This document shows, one piece after another, positions 1-12,748 of a DNA stretch of 64,000 nt; position 1 is the stretch's first letter; each line of letters begins with the position of its first letter. The notes under the pieces were generated by a model, which did not search any database, was not told the origin of the DNA, and was given only the letters and a program-made list of their open reading frames with translations. The stretch comes from Gammaproteobacteria bacterium (GTDB taxonomy: Bacteria > Pseudomonadota > Gammaproteobacteria > JACCXJ01). Position numbers and translations under genes: made by a program. The stretch covers positions 5,643-69,642 of the forward strand of contig JBOIDR010000007.1 of assembly GCA_050740695.1 (NCBI GenBank), given 5' to 3'.

Positions 1-46
1 ACCGTTTTTTTGACCCGCTTGTGGGGGCGTTTGGACTTGTTGGCCA
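1..46 (-). CDS. rpsK: 30S ribosomal protein S11, first 15 codons only (runs off the left edge)
   Basis: Minus strand from ATG at 46..44 reads MANKSKRPHKRVKKR, a basic S11-type N-terminus. It lies directly downstream of rpsM, as in the alpha operon. Confidence 0.6.
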
Positions 47-60
47 TGAATAAGTACTCT

Positions 61-417
61 CTACTTACGGACCATGCGGCGCGGACCCTTGCGCGTCCGG
101 GCGTTGGTGCGCGTGCGCTGGCCGCGCACCGGCAGGCCGCGCCGGTGCCGGATCCCGCGGCAACAACCGAGGTCCATCAAGCGCTTGATGTTCATCGACA
201 CCTCGCGCCGCAGATCGCCCTCCACCGGGTACTTGCCGACTTCGCTGCGCAGGGCATCGAGCTGCCCCTCGGTGAGGTCCTTGATCTTGGTCTTTGGCGT
301 TATCCCGGCCGCACCGCAGATCTTGAGCGCCCGATTGCGGCCGATCCCGTAGATGTGGGTCAGCGCGATCGCCGTATGTTTTTGGATGGGGATGTTGACC
401 CCCGCTACGCGCGCCAT
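61..417 (-). CDS. rpsM: 30S ribosomal protein S13
   Basis: 118-aa [30 protein letters not shown]..., a typical S13. It follows rpmJ. Confidence 0.97.
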   Translation of the reverse strand: MARVAGVNIPIQKHTAIALTHIYGIGRNRALKICGAAGITPKTKIKDLTEGQLDALRSEVGKYPVEGDLRREVSMNIKRLMDLGCCRGIRHRRGLPVRGQRTRTNARTRKGPRRMVRK

Positions 418-533
418 ATTCGTCGTTCCTCGCGAACCTGAACGGTAAAAGGTTTACAGTCTAGCCAGACGTGGAAATTACGGGCACCTCTCCAAAGCCC
501 CTGTCCCCTCCGGGACAGGGCCTGTCTTTTTCT

Positions 534-564
534 CCCTCTCCCTCCGGGCCCCGGAGGGAGAGGG
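534..564. repeat. REP-like hairpin, family A (CCCTCTCCC...GGGAGAGGG)
   Basis: Perfect 14-bp arms: ccctctccctccgg at 534..547 and ccggagggagaggg at 551..564, with a 3-nt loop. It lies in the rpmJ-rpsM spacer. Related copies are near 16.06, 16.14, 16.45 and 27.6 kb. Confidence 0.8.
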
Positions 565-651
565 TTGCCGTGAAAGTACAAACTTTCATCCCTCGGGGTG
601 TCGATGCCCACGACATGACTGTTGGAGTGAGGGGATCAAAGTCATACCGCG

Positions 652-765
652 TCAGCCCTGGCGCTGCTTGTGGCGCGCTTCGCGGCAGATCACGCGCACG
701 ACCCGCTTTCTGCGCACGATCTTGCAGTGGCGGCAGATCTTCTTGACCGATGTTCGAACCTTCAT
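652..765 (-). CDS. rpmJ: 50S ribosomal protein L36
   Basis: The last 37 codons of track ORF 652..972 read [37 protein letters not shown], with Cys/His zinc-type spacing. The ATG is at 765..763. Confidence 0.93.
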   Translation of the reverse strand: MKVRTSVKKICRHCKIVRRKRVVRVICREARHKQRQG

Positions 766-788
766 CGCACGCCTCCTTCGACACGTAG

Positions 789-2132
789 CTAACGCCGGCC
801 ATAGCCCTTGAGGTTGGCCTTCTTGAGCAGACCCTCGTACTGATGGGACATGAGATGGGCCTGCACCTGGGCCATGAAGTCCATCACCACCACCACGATG
901 ATCAGCAAGGAGGTGCCGCCAAAATAGAACGGCACGTTGAACTTCAAGATCAGAAACTCGGGCAGCATACACACCGAAGTGATATAAATGGCCCCGGCCA
1001 AGGTCAACCGCGTCATGACTCCGTCGATGTATTTGGCCGTCTGGTCTCCCGGCCGGATCCCCGGCACGAAGGCCCCGGATTTCTTTAGGTTGTCCGCGGT
1101 CTCCTTGGGATTGAACACGATCGCCGTGTAGAAAAAACAGAAGAACACGATCCCCCCCGCATACAACATCACATAGAGCGGTTGGCCCGGCGACAGCGTA
1201 CTGGCGAGGTCCGACAGCCAGCCCATCCCCTGGCCGCTACCGAACCAACTGCCGATGGTGCTCGGAAACAGGATCAGGCTGGAGGCGAAGATCGGCGGGA
1301 TCACCCCGGACATGTTGAGCTTGAGCGGCAGGTGACTGGTCTGTCCCGCGTACATCTTGCGACCGATCTGACGCTTGGCATAGTTCACGGTGATCCGGCG
1401 CTGGCCCTTTTCCACGAAGATCACCAGCGCGGTCACGGCGATCACCAGGAGGAACAACGCGATCAAGGTCATGACATGGAGCTCGCCCGTGCGCGCCAGC
1501 TCCAGCGATCCGCCCACCGCCGAGGGGAGGCCCGCAACGATCCCGGCGAAGATGATCATCGAGATCCCGTTACCCACACCGCGCTCGGTGATCTGCTCGC
1601 CCAGCCACATGAGGAACAGGGTACCGGTCACGAGCGTCGTGACGGCCGTGATGCGAAACGGGATGCCCGGGTTGATCACCAGCGCCTGCGCGGCAGCCTG
1701 CTGTCCCTCGAGTGCGATGGCCACGCCCAAAGCCTGGAAGGTGGCGAGCCCTACGGTGCCATAGCGGGTGTATTGGGTGATCTTCCTGCGACCGGACTCG
1801 CCTTCCTTGCGCAACTGCTCGAGCGCCGGATACACCATGCTCAGGAGCTGCATGATGATCGATGCCGAGATGTACGGCATGATCCCGAGCGCCACCACCG
1901 AAAACCGTTCCAGCGCCCCACCGGAGAACATGTTGAACATATCCAGGATGGTGCCGCGCTGCTGATCGAAGAGCTGGGCCAAGGCGATTGGATTGATCCC
2001 CGGCACCGGGATATGGGTGCTGATCCGAAACACCACGAGCGCCCCGAGCAGGAAAAAGAGCCGCTGCCGCAACTCCGTGAGGTTGCCGAGCCCCGCCAGC
2101 GACGAGGCCATGCCGGACCGCGCTATCGCCAT
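789..2132 (-). CDS. secY: Preprotein translocase subunit SecY
   Basis: 447-aa polytopic membrane ORF (…[15 protein letters not shown]…) between rplO and rpmJ. Confidence 0.97.
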   Translation of the reverse strand: MAIARSGMASSLAGLGNLTELRQRLFFLLGALVVFRISTHIPVPGINPIALAQLFDQQRGTILDMFNMFSGGALERFSVVALGIMPYISASIIMQLLSMVYPALEQLRKEGESGRRKITQYTRYGTVGLATFQALGVAIALEGQQAAAQALVINPGIPFRITAVTTLVTGTLFLMWLGEQITERGVGNGISMIIFAGIVAGLPSAVGGSLELARTGELHVMTLIALFLLVIAVTALVIFVEKGQRRITVNYAKRQIGRKMYAGQTSHLPLKLNMSGVIPPIFASSLILFPSTIGSWFGSGQGMGWLSDLASTLSPGQPLYVMLYAGGIVFFCFFYTAIVFNPKETADNLKKSGAFVPGIRPGDQTAKYIDGVMTRLTLAGAIYITSVCMLPEFLILKFNVPFYFGGTSLLIIVVVVMDFMAQVQAHLMSHQYEGLLKKANLKGYGRR

Positions 2133-2136
2133 CGCC

Positions 2137-2589
2137 TCAATCCTTTATGGTGCCGCCCGCGGCCAGGATGGCGGCACGCGCGCCGCGGGTGAGCAGTAGG
2201 CCCTTGACGTTCATCGGACTTTTCAGGTCGCCTCTTGTTTTTTTATTGTATTGCACGATCACCTTGACCGTGCGGGCGCGCCGGTGGACGAGCCCGGCCT
2301 TCTTCAAGGCGTCCAGATCGATGATGTCGGCGTGCAGGCGCGCGAGATCCCAGAGGCGTACTTCATCGGCGAACCGGGCGCTCCGCGAACGAAAGCCGAA
2401 CTTGGGCAGACGCCGCTGCAGCGGCATCTGTCCGCCCTCGAAGCCCACCTTGTGATAACCTCCGGCACGAGCATACTGACCCTTGTGGCCGCGTCCGCAG
2501 GTTTTTCCCAGGCCCGAGCCGATGCCACGGCCGAGACGCTTACGCGCCGTCTTGGCACCCGCGGCCGGTTTTAGGGTATTTAGTCGCAT
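2137..2589 (-). CDS. rplO: 50S ribosomal protein L15
   Basis: 150 aa, [38 protein letters not shown]. Consistent with spc operon order. Confidence 0.96.
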   Translation of the reverse strand: MRLNTLKPAAGAKTARKRLGRGIGSGLGKTCGRGHKGQYARAGGYHKVGFEGGQMPLQRRLPKFGFRSRSARFADEVRLWDLARLHADIIDLDALKKAGLVHRRARTVKVIVQYNKKTRGDLKSPMNVKGLLLTRGARAAILAAGGTIKD

Positions 2590-2590
2590 G

Positions 2591-2797
2591 TCAGACCTCC
2601 TCGATCTCCAGCAGGTAGGCCACCCGCCGTATCATGCCGCGGATCTCCGGTGTGTCGAGGACCACCCGACTATGGCCGATGCGACAGAGCCCAAGCCCGC
2701 TGACACAGGCCTTGTGGGCACGAAGACGCCCAATGGTGCTCCGCTGGAGCGTGATACGCAGCCGCCCGGGCACGGATGGATCACGGTGCTCGCTCAT
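2591..2797 (-). CDS. rpmD: 50S ribosomal protein L30
   Basis: 68-aa [37 protein letters not shown]... within track ORF 2591..2914. The ATG overlaps the rpsE stop (ATGA). Confidence 0.9.
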   Translation of the reverse strand: MSEHRDPSVPGRLRITLQRSTIGRLRAHKACVSGLGLCRIGHSRVVLDTPEIRGMIRRVAYLLEIEEV

Positions 2798-3297
2798 ACG
2801 ATCTCTTCCACCGACTTGCCGCGCTTCGCGGCATACCAGCGGGGGTCCCTGAGATCGCTCAAACCCTGCACGGTGGCCCGCACCACGTTGACCTTGTTGG
2901 TGGTACCGATGCACTTCCCCACCACATCCTTTACCCCCGCAACCTCAAATACCGCGCGCATCGCGCCACCGGCGATGATGCCGGTGCCTTCCGAGGCCGG
3001 CTGAAAATAGACCTTGGCGGCGCCATACCGGACCGTAACCGCATGCTGAACGGTGGTGTTGTTCAAGGCGATGCGACGCATATTGGCGCGCGCCTTCTCC
3101 ATGGCTTTCTGGATCGCCACCGGCACCTCACGCGCCTTGCCGCGCCCGAAACCCACTCTTCCGGCTCCGTCACCCACGACCGTCAGTGCCGCGAAGCCGA
3201 AGATCCGTCCGCCCTTGACGACCTTGGCCACCCGCGCCACATGCACCAGCTTTTCCAGTAGCCCGTCGCCGGGATCGGATGGGTTTTGTCCCGCCAT
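2794..3297 (-). CDS. rpsE: 30S ribosomal protein S5
   Basis: 167-aa ORF with …[19 protein letters not shown]… and consistent operon order. Confidence 0.96.
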   Translation of the reverse strand: MAGQNPSDPGDGLLEKLVHVARVAKVVKGGRIFGFAALTVVGDGAGRVGFGRGKAREVPVAIQKAMEKARANMRRIALNNTTVQHAVTVRYGAAKVYFQPASEGTGIIAGGAMRAVFEVAGVKDVVGKCIGTTNKVNVVRATVQGLSDLRDPRWYAAKRGKSVEEIV

Positions 3298-3309
3298 GAT
3301 GGCTCTCGC

Positions 3310-3663
3310 CTAGACCTGTAAGCCGTGCTCGCGCGCGGCATCCGCGAGCGCCTTGACTCGGCCGTGATACTTGAAACCCGCTCGATCGAATGCCGCCCGC
3401 TCCACACCCTTGGCCCGGGCCCGCTCGGCCACGGCCTTGCCGACGATCTCTGCCGCCGCGATGTTGCCGCCGAATGGGATGGCCTCGCGCAGGGTCTTGT
3501 CGAGCGTCGATGCGCTCGCCACCACCTCGGCCCCATTGGGTGCAATGAGCTGCGCATAGATATGCCGCGGCGTGCGGTAGACGCACAGGCGATGGACCAC
3601 GAGCTCTTTGATCTTGGCGCGCGCCCGCCGTGCCCGGCGCAAACGGCTGGTTTTCTTATCCAT
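3310..3663 (-). CDS. rplR: 50S ribosomal protein L18
   Basis: 117 aa starting [20 protein letters not shown]…[15 protein letters not shown]. The 36-codon extension in the track (to 3771) runs through a palindromic repeat and is not coding. Confidence 0.93.
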   Translation of the reverse strand: MDKKTSRLRRARRARAKIKELVVHRLCVYRTPRHIYAQLIAPNGAEVVASASTLDKTLREAIPFGGNIAAAEIVGKAVAERARAKGVERAAFDRAGFKYHGRVKALADAAREHGLQV

Positions 3664-3669
3664 AGCGCC

Positions 3670-3822
3670 CCTCAGAGTTTGTGAAAAAATCGTCGCGAGC
3701 GAAGGGAGGTCGCGTTCCGCCGGAGCGCAGGAACCGGAGTGTATATTGAAATACATGAGGATTCCGATCACCGCCGGAACGCGAGATCCCGAGCGCAGTA
3801 GATTTTTTCACAAACTCTCAGG
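3670..3822. repeat. ~150-bp palindromic MITE-like element in the rplF-rplR spacer
   Basis: Perfect 18-bp terminal inverted repeats: agagtttgtgaaaaaatc at 3674..3691 and gattttttcacaaactct at 3801..3818. The interior halves are also imperfectly inverted (tcgcgttccgccgg / ccgccggaacgcga). The right arm abuts the rplF stop. Confidence 0.75.
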
Positions 3823-4351
3823 CCTTCTTCGCTTCTTTGCGGACGATCACTTCGTCCGAGTACTTGATCCCTTTGCCCTTGTAGGGCTCCGGGGGACGGA
3901 AGGCGCGAATATTGGCCGCGACCTGCCCGACCTGCTGTTTATCGTTGCCCTCCACCAGGACCTCTGTCACGCTCGGGGTTTTAATCGTGATGCCCTCGGG
4001 TATCTCGAGCTTGATGGGATGAGAATATCCCAGGGTCAGATTGAGGGTCTTGCCCTGCACCTGTGCGCGGTAGCCGACGCCATTGATCTCGAGCTTTTTC
4101 TTGAAACCGCTGGATACGCCGAGGATCATATTGGCCAGCAAGGCCCGATAGGTCCCGGCCATCATGTTGGCGGCCTTGGACTCGGACCGAGGCGCTATCG
4201 TTAAAGCGCCGTCGCCCAGGGTCACGCCCACGAGCGGCGACACAGACCTCGACATCGTGCCTCGTTTCCCTTTGATGACCACCGACTCGGCACCGATCTC
4301 GGCGGCGACGCCGGAGGGCAGAGGGATGGGATTCTTCGCAACCCTGGACAT
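3818..4351 (-). CDS. rplF: 50S ribosomal protein L6
   Basis: 177 aa, MSRVAKNPIPLPSGV…; consistent operon order. Confidence 0.96.
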   Translation of the reverse strand: MSRVAKNPIPLPSGVAAEIGAESVVIKGKRGTMSRSVSPLVGVTLGDGALTIAPRSESKAANMMAGTYRALLANMILGVSSGFKKKLEINGVGYRAQVQGKTLNLTLGYSHPIKLEIPEGITIKTPSVTEVLVEGNDKQQVGQVAANIRAFRPPEPYKGKGIKYSDEVIVRKEAKKA

Positions 4352-4375
4352 GATGGGCCTCTCTAATGATGGACA

Positions 4376-4771
4376 TCAGGCGATGTAGCAGAGGATCTCC
4401 CCGCCCAGGCCCTGGCGGCGCGCCTCACGATCGCTCAGGACCCCGCGCGAGGTGCTGACGATCGTAACGCCCAAGCCCCCGCGCACCTTGGGGATCGCAT
4501 CCTTGGCGCGGTACACGCGCAGCCCGGGACGGCTCACGCGGCGAAGGTCCTCGATCACGGGTCTGCCCTCGAAGTACTTGAGCGTGATGGTCAGTGTTCT
4601 CAATGCGTCGTTCGCTTCGCTGCGGAAATCCTCGATATAGCCTTCGCGTTTCAGCACCTCCGCGATCGCCACCCGCTGCTTCGATTCGGGCATCGACACC
4701 TCGGCCTTGCGGGCCGCCTGAGCGTTACGAACGCGGGTCAGCATATCGGCGATGGGGTCTTGCATGGTCAT
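4376..4771 (-). CDS. rpsH: 30S ribosomal protein S8
   Basis: 131 aa, [18 protein letters not shown]…. Confidence 0.96.
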   Translation of the reverse strand: MTMQDPIADMLTRVRNAQAARKAEVSMPESKQRVAIAEVLKREGYIEDFRSEANDALRTLTITLKYFEGRPVIEDLRRVSRPGLRVYRAKDAIPKVRGGLGVTIVSTSRGVLSDREARRQGLGGEILCYIA

Positions 4772-4801
4772 GGGAGCATCCTACCTGGTCCACTCGGGCC
4801 G

Positions 4802-5107
4802 TCACCAGCTCGCCTTGACGAGCCCCGGGACATCGCCGTTCATGGCCGCCGCGCGCAGCTTGTTGCGAGACAGCCCGAACTTGCGATAAAACCCGTGCGG
4901 GCGCCCGGTGAGCCGACAGCGGTTGTGGAGGCGCACCGGGCTCGCGTCGCGCGGCATTTTCTGGATCTTGATCTGAGCCGCCTGGCGTTCCTCGAAACCG
5001 AGCGACTTGTCGTTGGCCTCTGCGAACAACTGGGCGCGCCGGGCGGCGAAGCGCTTCACCGTGCGCAGGCGCCGCCGCTCGCGATGGATCACCGAGGTCT
5101 TGGCCAT
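4802..5107 (-). CDS. rpsN: 30S ribosomal protein S14 (long form)
   Basis: 101 aa, [20 protein letters not shown]…[27 protein letters not shown]…W. The upstream part of the track ORF is discarded. Confidence 0.94.
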   Translation of the reverse strand: MAKTSVIHRERRRLRTVKRFAARRAQLFAEANDKSLGFEERQAAQIKIQKMPRDASPVRLHNRCRLTGRPHGFYRKFGLSRNKLRAAAMNGDVPGLVKASW

Positions 5108-5126
5108 GATGCTCTCTCCTCGCCCC

Positions 5127-5684
5127 TCAGGCCCGCAGGGGAAAATTGAACGCCATGAGGAGGGCGCGTCCCTCCTCGTCGTTGCGCGCGGTGGTGGTGA
5201 TACAGACATCGAGACCGCGGATCACATCGATCTTATCGTAATCGATCTCCGGGAAGATGATCTGCTCCTTGACGCCGAAGCTGTAGTTGCCGCGGCCATC
5301 GAACCCACGCGCCGGCAGCCCTCGGAAATCACGGATCCGGGGGACCGCGATGTGGATCAGGCGTTCGAGGAACTCGTACATGCGTTCGCGCCGCAACGTC
5401 ACCATACAGCCGATGGGCCAGCCGTCCCGGATCTTGAAATTCGCGATCGACTTGCGGGCCTTGGTCACGACCGGCTTCTGGCCCGCGATCCGCTGCAGAT
5501 CGTCGACCGCGTGCTCGATCACCTTCTTGTCGGCGACGGCCTCGCCGACCCCCATGTTCAACGTGATCTTGCTGACGCGCGGCACCGCCATGCGGCTCCG
5601 ATAACCGAACCTACGGGTAAGGTCCTCGACCACCGTATCGTGATAGTGTTCGCGCAATTTATTGGCCTTGCCCGGCCCGGGCAT
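5127..5684 (-). CDS. rplE: 50S ribosomal protein L5
   Basis: …[20 protein letters not shown]…[10 protein letters not shown]… The start is uncertain. ATG at 5684 fits the homologous length. ATG at 5717 has a GAGG Shine-Dalgarno and overlaps the rplX stop. Confidence 0.93.
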   Translation of the reverse strand: MPGPGKANKLREHYHDTVVEDLTRRFGYRSRMAVPRVSKITLNMGVGEAVADKKVIEHAVDDLQRIAGQKPVVTKARKSIANFKIRDGWPIGCMVTLRRERMYEFLERLIHIAVPRIRDFRGLPARGFDGRGNYSFGVKEQIIFPEIDYDKIDVIRGLDVCITTTARNDEEGRALLMAFNFPLRA

Positions 5685-5709
5685 CGCGCGCCCTGTGTTA
5701 TAAACGTCC

Positions 5710-6027
5710 TCAGACATCTACGACCTCGCCCGTCGACTTGAAGTAGCGGACCCTGCGGCCGTCCTCGAGAGAACGGATCCCGACCCGATCCGGCTGCTTG
5801 GTTTGGGGGTTGTATAGGGCCACGTTCGAGATATGCACGGGCGCTTCCTTCTGGATGATCCCGCCGGCTGTCCCGGCCCTCGGGTTGCCGCGCGTGTGCC
5901 GCTTGACGGTGTTCGCGTTCTCGACCACCACCCGATCGGCACCGATCAAGCGCAATACGGCACCGCGATGGCCCTTGGATCGGCCCGTCGTCACCACCAC
6001 CTGATCACCCTTCTTGATCTTTCGCAT
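5710..6027 (-). CDS. rplX: 50S ribosomal protein L24
   Basis: 105 aa, [19 protein letters not shown]…. Confidence 0.96.
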   Translation of the reverse strand: MRKIKKGDQVVVTTGRSKGHRGAVLRLIGADRVVVENANTVKRHTRGNPRAGTAGGIIQKEAPVHISNVALYNPQTKQPDRVGIRSLEDGRRVRYFKSTGEVVDV

Positions 6028-6040
6028 CGCCGCCTAGACC

Positions 6041-6409
6041 TCACAACACCTCGGGTGCGAGCGAGATGATCCGCATGAACCGCTCGCTGCGGAGCTCGCG
6101 CGTAACGGGCCCGAAAATGCGCGTCCCGATGGGCTGTACCTGCTTATCCAGCAACACCGCGGCATTGCCGTCGAAGCGCACCAACGAGCCATCCGGCCGT
6201 CGTACCCCCTTTCGGGTCCTCACCACCACGGCATCGTAGACCTCGCCTTTCTTGACCTTACCACGCGGGATGGCCTCCTTGACTGCGACCTTAATGACAT
6301 CACCGATCCCGGCATAGCGACGATGTGATCCCCCCAGCACCTTGATACACATGAGCCGCCGGGCGCCGCTGTTATCGGCGGCATCGAGCGAAGACTGCAT
6401 CTGGATCAT
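6041..6409 (-). CDS. rplN: 50S ribosomal protein L14
   Basis: 122 aa, [28 protein letters not shown]… within track ORF 6041..6550. Confidence 0.96.
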   Translation of the reverse strand: MIQMQSSLDAADNSGARRLMCIKVLGGSHRRYAGIGDVIKVAVKEAIPRGKVKKGEVYDAVVVRTRKGVRRPDGSLVRFDGNAAVLLDKQVQPIGTRIFGPVTRELRSERFMRIISLAPEVL

Positions 6410-6431
6410 CGGATCTCCCAAAAAAATCCCA

Positions 6432-6701
6432 TCAGACCTGCGCGGCGCGCACGAGGACTCGATTGAGGCGCCAGCTCTTGCGCTTGGACAACGGCCGGCA
6501 CTCCTCGATGGCCACCAGATCGCCCGGCGAACACTCGTTGCGTTCATCATGCGCGAGCAGCTTCGTGGTCCGCCGTATGTATTTCTTGTAAAGGGCGTGC
6601 AGCACCCGCCGCTCGACCGCGACCGCGATGGTCTTCTCCATCTTGTTGCTCACCACCTGGCCGACCAGGGTCCGGATCGCCTTCGCCTCTCTGCCCATCA
6701 C
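6432..6701 (-). CDS. rpsQ: 30S ribosomal protein S17
   Basis: 89 aa, …[25 protein letters not shown]…[11 protein letters not shown]…. Confidence 0.95.
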   Translation of the reverse strand: MMGREAKAIRTLVGQVVSNKMEKTIAVAVERRVLHALYKKYIRRTTKLLAHDERNECSPGDLVAIEECRPLSKRKSWRLNRVLVRAAQV

Positions 6702-6925
6702 CGAGCCCCGCCGAGACTGGCAGCCCCGGGTTGATGCAATTTGCGTTCGTTCAAAATCGTCTTCACTCGCGCGATATCCCGCTTGACGCCCCTGAGACGG
6801 TGCGGCTTGACCGCCTGCCCCGACCCCTTCTGCATGCGCAGGTTGAAGTGCTCCCTGGCGAGCTCCAGCAAGAGCTTATCGAGGTCGTCCCGGGACTTGC
6901 CCCTGAGCTCACGGGCCGCGCTCAT
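6698..6925 (-). CDS. rpmC: 50S ribosomal protein L29
   Basis: 75 aa, [32 protein letters not shown]…. The ATG overlaps the rplP stop. Confidence 0.9.
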   Translation of the reverse strand: MSAARELRGKSRDDLDKLLLELAREHFNLRMQKGSGQAVKPHRLRGVKRDIARVKTILNERKLHQPGAASLGGAR

Positions 6926-7335
6926 AACAGCGTACGACTCGCGAGCGCGGTACCCACCGGGAGCTTGGCGCCCGCCAGGCGAAACGCCTCGCCGGCGATC
7001 TCGGCCGATACCCCTTCCATCTCGTAGAGGATGCGTCCCGGCTGCACCAAGGCGACCCAGTACTCGACATTGCCCTTGCCTTTGCCCTGCCGCACCTCCA
7101 GGGGCTTTTGCGTGATGGGCTTGTCCGGAAAAACGCGGATCCAAAGCTTTCCGCCGCGCTTCACGTAACGCGACATGGCGCGCCGTGCCGCCTCGATCTG
7201 GCGGGCCGTCAGGCGCCCCCGGGTCGTGGCCCGGAGCCCATACTCGCCGAAGCTGACCCGGTTGCCCACGCCGGCGAGCCCGCGATTGCGACCCTTCTGT
7301 TGCTTACGGTACTTGGTCTGCTTGGGTTGCAGCAT
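6922..7335 (-). CDS. rplP: 50S ribosomal protein L16
   Basis: 137 aa, [19 protein letters not shown]… within track ORF 6922..7545. Confidence 0.96.
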   Translation of the reverse strand: MLQPKQTKYRKQQKGRNRGLAGVGNRVSFGEYGLRATTRGRLTARQIEAARRAMSRYVKRGGKLWIRVFPDKPITQKPLEVRQGKGKGNVEYWVALVQPGRILYEMEGVSAEIAGEAFRLAGAKLPVGTALASRTLL

Positions 7336-7364
7336 GACGGTGTTCAATCCTCTATACTTGGCCT

Positions 7365-8042
7365 CTACTTGGCGACGACGGCATCGGCCTGCCGTGTCTC
7401 GGTCGCCTCGCCCCGGCCCAGGACCTCGCCCTTGAAGATCCACACCTTGACCCCGATGACCCCGTAGGTGGTCTTGGCCTCGGCGAAGCCGTAGTCGATA
7501 TCCGCGCGCAGGGTGTGCAGCGGGACACGCCCCTCCCGATACCACTCGGAACGCGCGATCTCCGCGCCGTTCAAACGACCGGCGACATTGACCCTGATCC
7601 CTTGCGCACCCAGGCGCATGGCGTTGGTCACCGCCCGCCTCATCGCGCGGCGGAACATGATACGCCGTTCGAGCTGATTGGCCACGCTTTCCGCCACCAG
7701 ATAGGAGTCGAGCTCCGGTTTTCGGATCTCCTCTACGGTGATCTGAACCGGGACACCCATCATGCGCGATACCTCGCGGCGCAAAGCTTCGATGTCCTCG
7801 CCCTTCTTGCCGATGACGATCCCCGGTCGGGCCGTGTGAACGATGATGCGGGCATTGTTGGCCGGCCGGTCGATCTGGATCGCGCTCACCGAAGCGCTCC
7901 GCAGTCTCTGCCTCAGAAACTCACGGACCGCCAGATCGGTGTTGAGATAGTCGGCGTACTTCTTCGAATCCGCGTACCAGCGGGACGACCAATCGCGGAT
8001 CACGCCCAGACGAAATCCGGTGGGATGTATCTTTTGACCCAT
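7365..8042 (-). CDS. rpsC: 30S ribosomal protein S3
   Basis: 225 aa, [24 protein letters not shown]…. Confidence 0.97.
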   Translation of the reverse strand: MGQKIHPTGFRLGVIRDWSSRWYADSKKYADYLNTDLAVREFLRQRLRSASVSAIQIDRPANNARIIVHTARPGIVIGKKGEDIEALRREVSRMMGVPVQITVEEIRKPELDSYLVAESVANQLERRIMFRRAMRRAVTNAMRLGAQGIRVNVAGRLNGAEIARSEWYREGRVPLHTLRADIDYGFAEAKTTYGVIGVKVWIFKGEVLGRGEATETRQADAVVAK

Positions 8043-8063
8043 GCGTATCTGCCTATAGCGTGT

Positions 8064-8393
8064 CTATTCAGCCACCTGAATGGTGATATGGCTCGTGCGT
8101 TTCACGATCCGATTGGTGCGGCCACGGGCACGGGCCGATACTCGCTTGAGCGAGGCCGCCGGATCGATGGTGATCGACCTAACCTTGAGCTCGTCGATGT
8201 CGGCACCATCGTTGTGCTCTGCGTTGGCAATGGCCGAATTCAGGACCTTCTTGATGATCCCGGCCGCCTTCTTATTGCTGAAGGTCAGGACGCCGAGGGC
8301 CCGATCGACCGGCAGCCCCCTCACCAGATCGGCAACGAGACGGGCCTTCTGGGGGGATATCCTCACGTTACGCATCTTCGCGGACGTCGACAT
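8064..8393 (-). CDS. rplV: 50S ribosomal protein L22
   Basis: 109 aa, …[16 protein letters not shown]…. Confidence 0.96.
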   Translation of the reverse strand: MSTSAKMRNVRISPQKARLVADLVRGLPVDRALGVLTFSNKKAAGIIKKVLNSAIANAEHNDGADIDELKVRSITIDPAASLKRVSARARGRTNRIVKRTSHITIQVAE

Positions 8394-8417
8394 ACGAGGC
8401 TCTTATCTCCCCTCGGC

Positions 8418-8696
8418 CTAGGCGCTCTTGGCCTTGCGATCGCCCACGTGGCCCCGAAAAGTACGCGTCACCGCGAACTCCCCGAGCTTGTGGCCGACCA
8501 TGTTTTCCGTGACGTAGATCGGTACATGCTGGCGGCCATTGTGTACGGCGATGGTCAGTCCCACCATATCGGGGATCACCACGGACCGTCGCGACCAGGT
8601 CTTGATCGGCCGTTTGTCGTTATTGGTCCGCGCCTTCTCCACTTTGTCCAGGAGGTGATGGTCCACGAACGGTCCCTTATGCAATGAGCGAGGCAC
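8418..8696 (-). CDS. rpsS: 30S ribosomal protein S19
   Basis: 92 aa, [16 protein letters not shown]…. Confidence 0.97.
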   Translation of the reverse strand: MPRSLHKGPFVDHHLLDKVEKARTNNDKRPIKTWSRRSVVIPDMVGLTIAVHNGRQHVPIYVTENMVGHKLGEFAVTRTFRGHVGDRKAKSA

Positions 8697-8708
8697 TCTG
8701 ACCCCCGA

Positions 8709-9539
8709 CTAAGCAAGCTTGTTTCGCCGACGGACGATCATGTTAGTGGTGCGTTTGTTCTTGCGCGTCTTGTGTCCCTTGGTGGGCTGTCCCCAGGGAC
8801 TCACCGGGTGGCGTCCACCCGAGCTCTTGCCTTCACCACCGCCGTGGGGGTGATCGACCGGGTTCATGGCGACGCCGCGCACCGTGGGCCGCACCCCGCG
8901 CCAGCGTTTGGCGCCGGCCTTCCCGAGTGCGCGCAGGGAATGCTCCGCGTTCCCAACCTCACCGATCGTCGCCCGGCACTCCAATAGCACCTTGCGCATC
9001 TCCCCCGAGCGCAGCCTCAAGGTCGCGTGCGCGCCTTCCCGCGCGATCAACTGCACGGAGCCCCCCGCGCTGCGCCCGAGCTGCGCGCCCCGCCCCGGCT
9101 GCATCTCAACGCAGTGGACGGTGGTGCCTACCGGGACATTGCGCAGCGGCAGGGTGTTGCCGGGTTGGATCGGGGCGTCCGTCCCCGAACACAGCGTCAC
9201 ACCCGCCTCTACACCCTTGGGCGCGACGATGTACCGCCGCTCTCCGTCGGCGTACAGTAGCAACGCGATGTGCGCCGACCGATTCGGGTCATATTCGAGG
9301 CGCTCGACCCTGGCGGGGATGCCGTCCTTGCGCCGCTTGAAATCGATCCGCCGATAGAGCTTGCGATGACCGCCCCCGCGGTGCCGAACGGTGATCCGAC
9401 CTTGGTTATTGCGACCGCTCGCGTTGCCTTTTTTTTCCGTGAGCGGCCGGTACGGGTCGCCTTTGTGCAGGCCCGGCGTCACGACTTTCACCAGTCCGCG
9501 GCGGCCGGGGGAGGTCGGTTTCACCTTGATCAGCGCCAT
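8709..9539 (-). CDS. rplB: 50S ribosomal protein L2
   Basis: 276 aa, [15 protein letters not shown]…HPHGGGEG…. Confidence 0.97.
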   Translation of the reverse strand: MALIKVKPTSPGRRGLVKVVTPGLHKGDPYRPLTEKKGNASGRNNQGRITVRHRGGGHRKLYRRIDFKRRKDGIPARVERLEYDPNRSAHIALLLYADGERRYIVAPKGVEAGVTLCSGTDAPIQPGNTLPLRNVPVGTTVHCVEMQPGRGAQLGRSAGGSVQLIAREGAHATLRLRSGEMRKVLLECRATIGEVGNAEHSLRALGKAGAKRWRGVRPTVRGVAMNPVDHPHGGGEGKSSGGRHPVSPWGQPTKGHKTRKNKRTTNMIVRRRNKLA

Positions 9540-9545
9540 GTCCGC

Positions 9546-9845
9546 TTACTCGCGCCCCATGAAATCGATGTCGTAGCCCGGCTGCAAGCAGACATACGCC
9601 TTCCTGAGCCCCGAGCGCCGGCCACGCTGGCGCCGAAAGCTCTTCTGTTTGCCTTTGATATTGCAGACGCGGACGTGCTCGACCTGGACCCCGAACATGA
9701 GCTCGACCGCCTGCTTGATCTCGGGCTTGGTCGCGTCCTTCACCACGCGAAAAACGAACTGTTTCTTTGGCCGCTCGCCGAGCTGGGTGGCCTTCTCCGA
9801 TACCCTGGGCTCGACCAGGACCCGATGGAGGCGCTCGGTATTCAT
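9546..9845 (-). CDS. rplW: 50S ribosomal protein L23
   Basis: 99 aa; position between rplD and rplB; …[11 protein letters not shown]…. Confidence 0.95.
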   Translation of the reverse strand: MNTERLHRVLVEPRVSEKATQLGERPKKQFVFRVVKDATKPEIKQAVELMFGVQVEHVRVCNIKGKQKSFRRQRGRRSGLRKAYVCLQPGYDIDFMGRE

Positions 9846-10462
9846 GTCAGTCTCGCCTCCAAGGTCCTAAGCGCCTGCTCCGTGATCAATACGGACTCAT
9901 GGCCGACCAGGCTCACCGGATCCACGGCCCCCGCCAGACAAATATCCACCGCAAAGAGGTTGCGGGACGCCAGATGTAGGTTGGCCTCGAAGGACTCGGT
10001 GACGATCAGAACCTTTGCGAGGCCCAACGCCGAGAGGCGCACCACCAAGCCCTTGGTCCTCGGCTCGGACACGGCAAGCGCATCGACCACCGTGAGCCGC
10101 CCTTGCCGGCAGAGCTCCGAAAGTATCGAGCGCATGGCCCCACCGTACATCTTGCGGTTCACCTTTTGCGCGTAGTTCCGCGGCCGCGCGGCAAACGTGA
10201 CCCCTCCGCTGCGCCACAAGGGGCCGCGGGTGGTACCGGCGCGCGCCCGCCCGGTGCTCTTCTGCCGCCACGGCTTGGCGCCGCCGCCACGCACGTCGGC
10301 GCGGGTCTTCTGGGCCTTGGTCCCGGCGCGCCCGCCCGCGAGATAGGCGGTCACGACCTGGTGCACGAGGGGCTCGTTGTAAGGAGCGGCGAACACGGCG
10401 TCGGACACGGACATGCTCCCTGCCTCGGCCCCGGAGTCGCCGCTACGCAGCGCTATCTGCAT
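9842..10462 (-). CDS. rplD: 50S ribosomal protein L4
   Basis: 206 aa from MQIALRSGD…; …[29 protein letters not shown]…. The first 12 codons of the track ORF are dropped because they would overlap rplC. Confidence 0.94.
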   Translation of the reverse strand: MQIALRSGDSGAEAGSMSVSDAVFAAPYNEPLVHQVVTAYLAGGRAGTKAQKTRADVRGGGAKPWRQKSTGRARAGTTRGPLWRSGGVTFAARPRNYAQKVNRKMYGGAMRSILSELCRQGRLTVVDALAVSEPRTKGLVVRLSALGLAKVLIVTESFEANLHLASRNLFAVDICLAGAVDPVSLVGHESVLITEQALRTLEARLT

Positions 10463-10463
10463 C

Positions 10464-11123
10464 TCACTCCCCCGTGCTACGAGCTTGGTGCCGAACATTG
10501 GGCCGTATGATCAGATCGGCGCCTTTTCCGCCGGGCACCGCGCCCCTGATCAACAATAGGTTGCGTTCAATGTCGATGCGCACGACCTCGAGGTTCTGTG
10601 CCGTGCGCCGTACGTTTCCGAGATGCCCGGCCATACGCTTGCCCTTGAATACCCGGCCCGGCGTCTGGCGCTGCCCGGTCGATCCCGGCGTACGGTGCGA
10701 CAGCGAATTGCCGTGCGTGGCATCGCCCGAGCTGAAGTGGTGGCGCTTGATGGTGCCCGCGAACCCCTTACCGAGGGTCCTCCCGGCGACATCGACCCTC
10801 TGTCCGACCCGAAACAGATCGACTGTCACGACCGCCCCGGGGACCAGCGACTCACCCTCCCCGTCTCCCAGGCGGAACTCCCAGAAACCCGTCCCCGTCT
10901 CCACACTAGCGCCCTTCAGGATCCCCGTCGAAGGCTTGTCGATGCGACCCCGGTTCTGCCGGCCGGTCGTCACCTGAACGGCCCGATAGCCGTCGCGAGT
11001 ACCGGTCTTGACCTGCGTGACGTGATTGGGCAGGACTTCGATGACCGTCACCGGCACCGTCGCGCCCGCCTCGGTGAAAAGGCGGGTCATCCCACACTTG
11101 CGCCCTACGAGTCCCAAGGCCAT
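10464..11123 (-). CDS. rplC: 50S ribosomal protein L3
   Basis: 219 aa, [20 protein letters not shown]…. Confidence 0.97.
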   Translation of the reverse strand: MALGLVGRKCGMTRLFTEAGATVPVTVIEVLPNHVTQVKTGTRDGYRAVQVTTGRQNRGRIDKPSTGILKGASVETGTGFWEFRLGDGEGESLVPGAVVTVDLFRVGQRVDVAGRTLGKGFAGTIKRHHFSSGDATHGNSLSHRTPGSTGQRQTPGRVFKGKRMAGHLGNVRRTAQNLEVVRIDIERNLLLIRGAVPGGKGADLIIRPNVRHQARSTGE

Positions 11124-11157
11124 GGTATTTCTTTTAAAAGAAGTTGAAAATTAAAAT

Positions 11158-11469
11158 TCAACTCAACCGGATCTGCACTTCGACCCCGGCGGCGAGGTCC
11201 AGCTTCATGAGGGCATCGACGGTCTTATCCGTCGGATTGACGATGTCCAGGAGCCGTTTATGGGTACGGATCTCATACTGATCCCGCGCGTCCTTGTCGG
11301 CGTGCGGGGAGACCAGGACCGTGAAGCGTTCTTTTCTCACGGGCAGCGGAATGGGGCCCTTGACCTGGGCGCCGGTGCGCCGCGCGGTATCGACGATCTC
11401 GCGCGTCGATCGGTCGATCAATCGGTGATCGAAGGCCTTGAGCCGAATGCGAATGATCTGGTCAGCCAT
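11158..11469 (-). CDS. rpsJ: 30S ribosomal protein S10
   Basis: 103 aa, [21 protein letters not shown]…. Confidence 0.97.
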   Translation of the reverse strand: MADQIIRIRLKAFDHRLIDRSTREIVDTARRTGAQVKGPIPLPVRKERFTVLVSPHADKDARDQYEIRTHKRLLDIVNPTDKTVDALMKLDLAAGVEVQIRLS

Positions 11470-11520
11470 GGGCGCGCCTTATCTTTCTGTAGGTTTCATC
11501 ACCATGCGGCCGGCATCCCG

Positions 11521-12711
<1,191 letters not shown>

Positions 12712-12748
12712 GATGCACCTCGTGCTAATTATCTAGATTATTTTCGAC

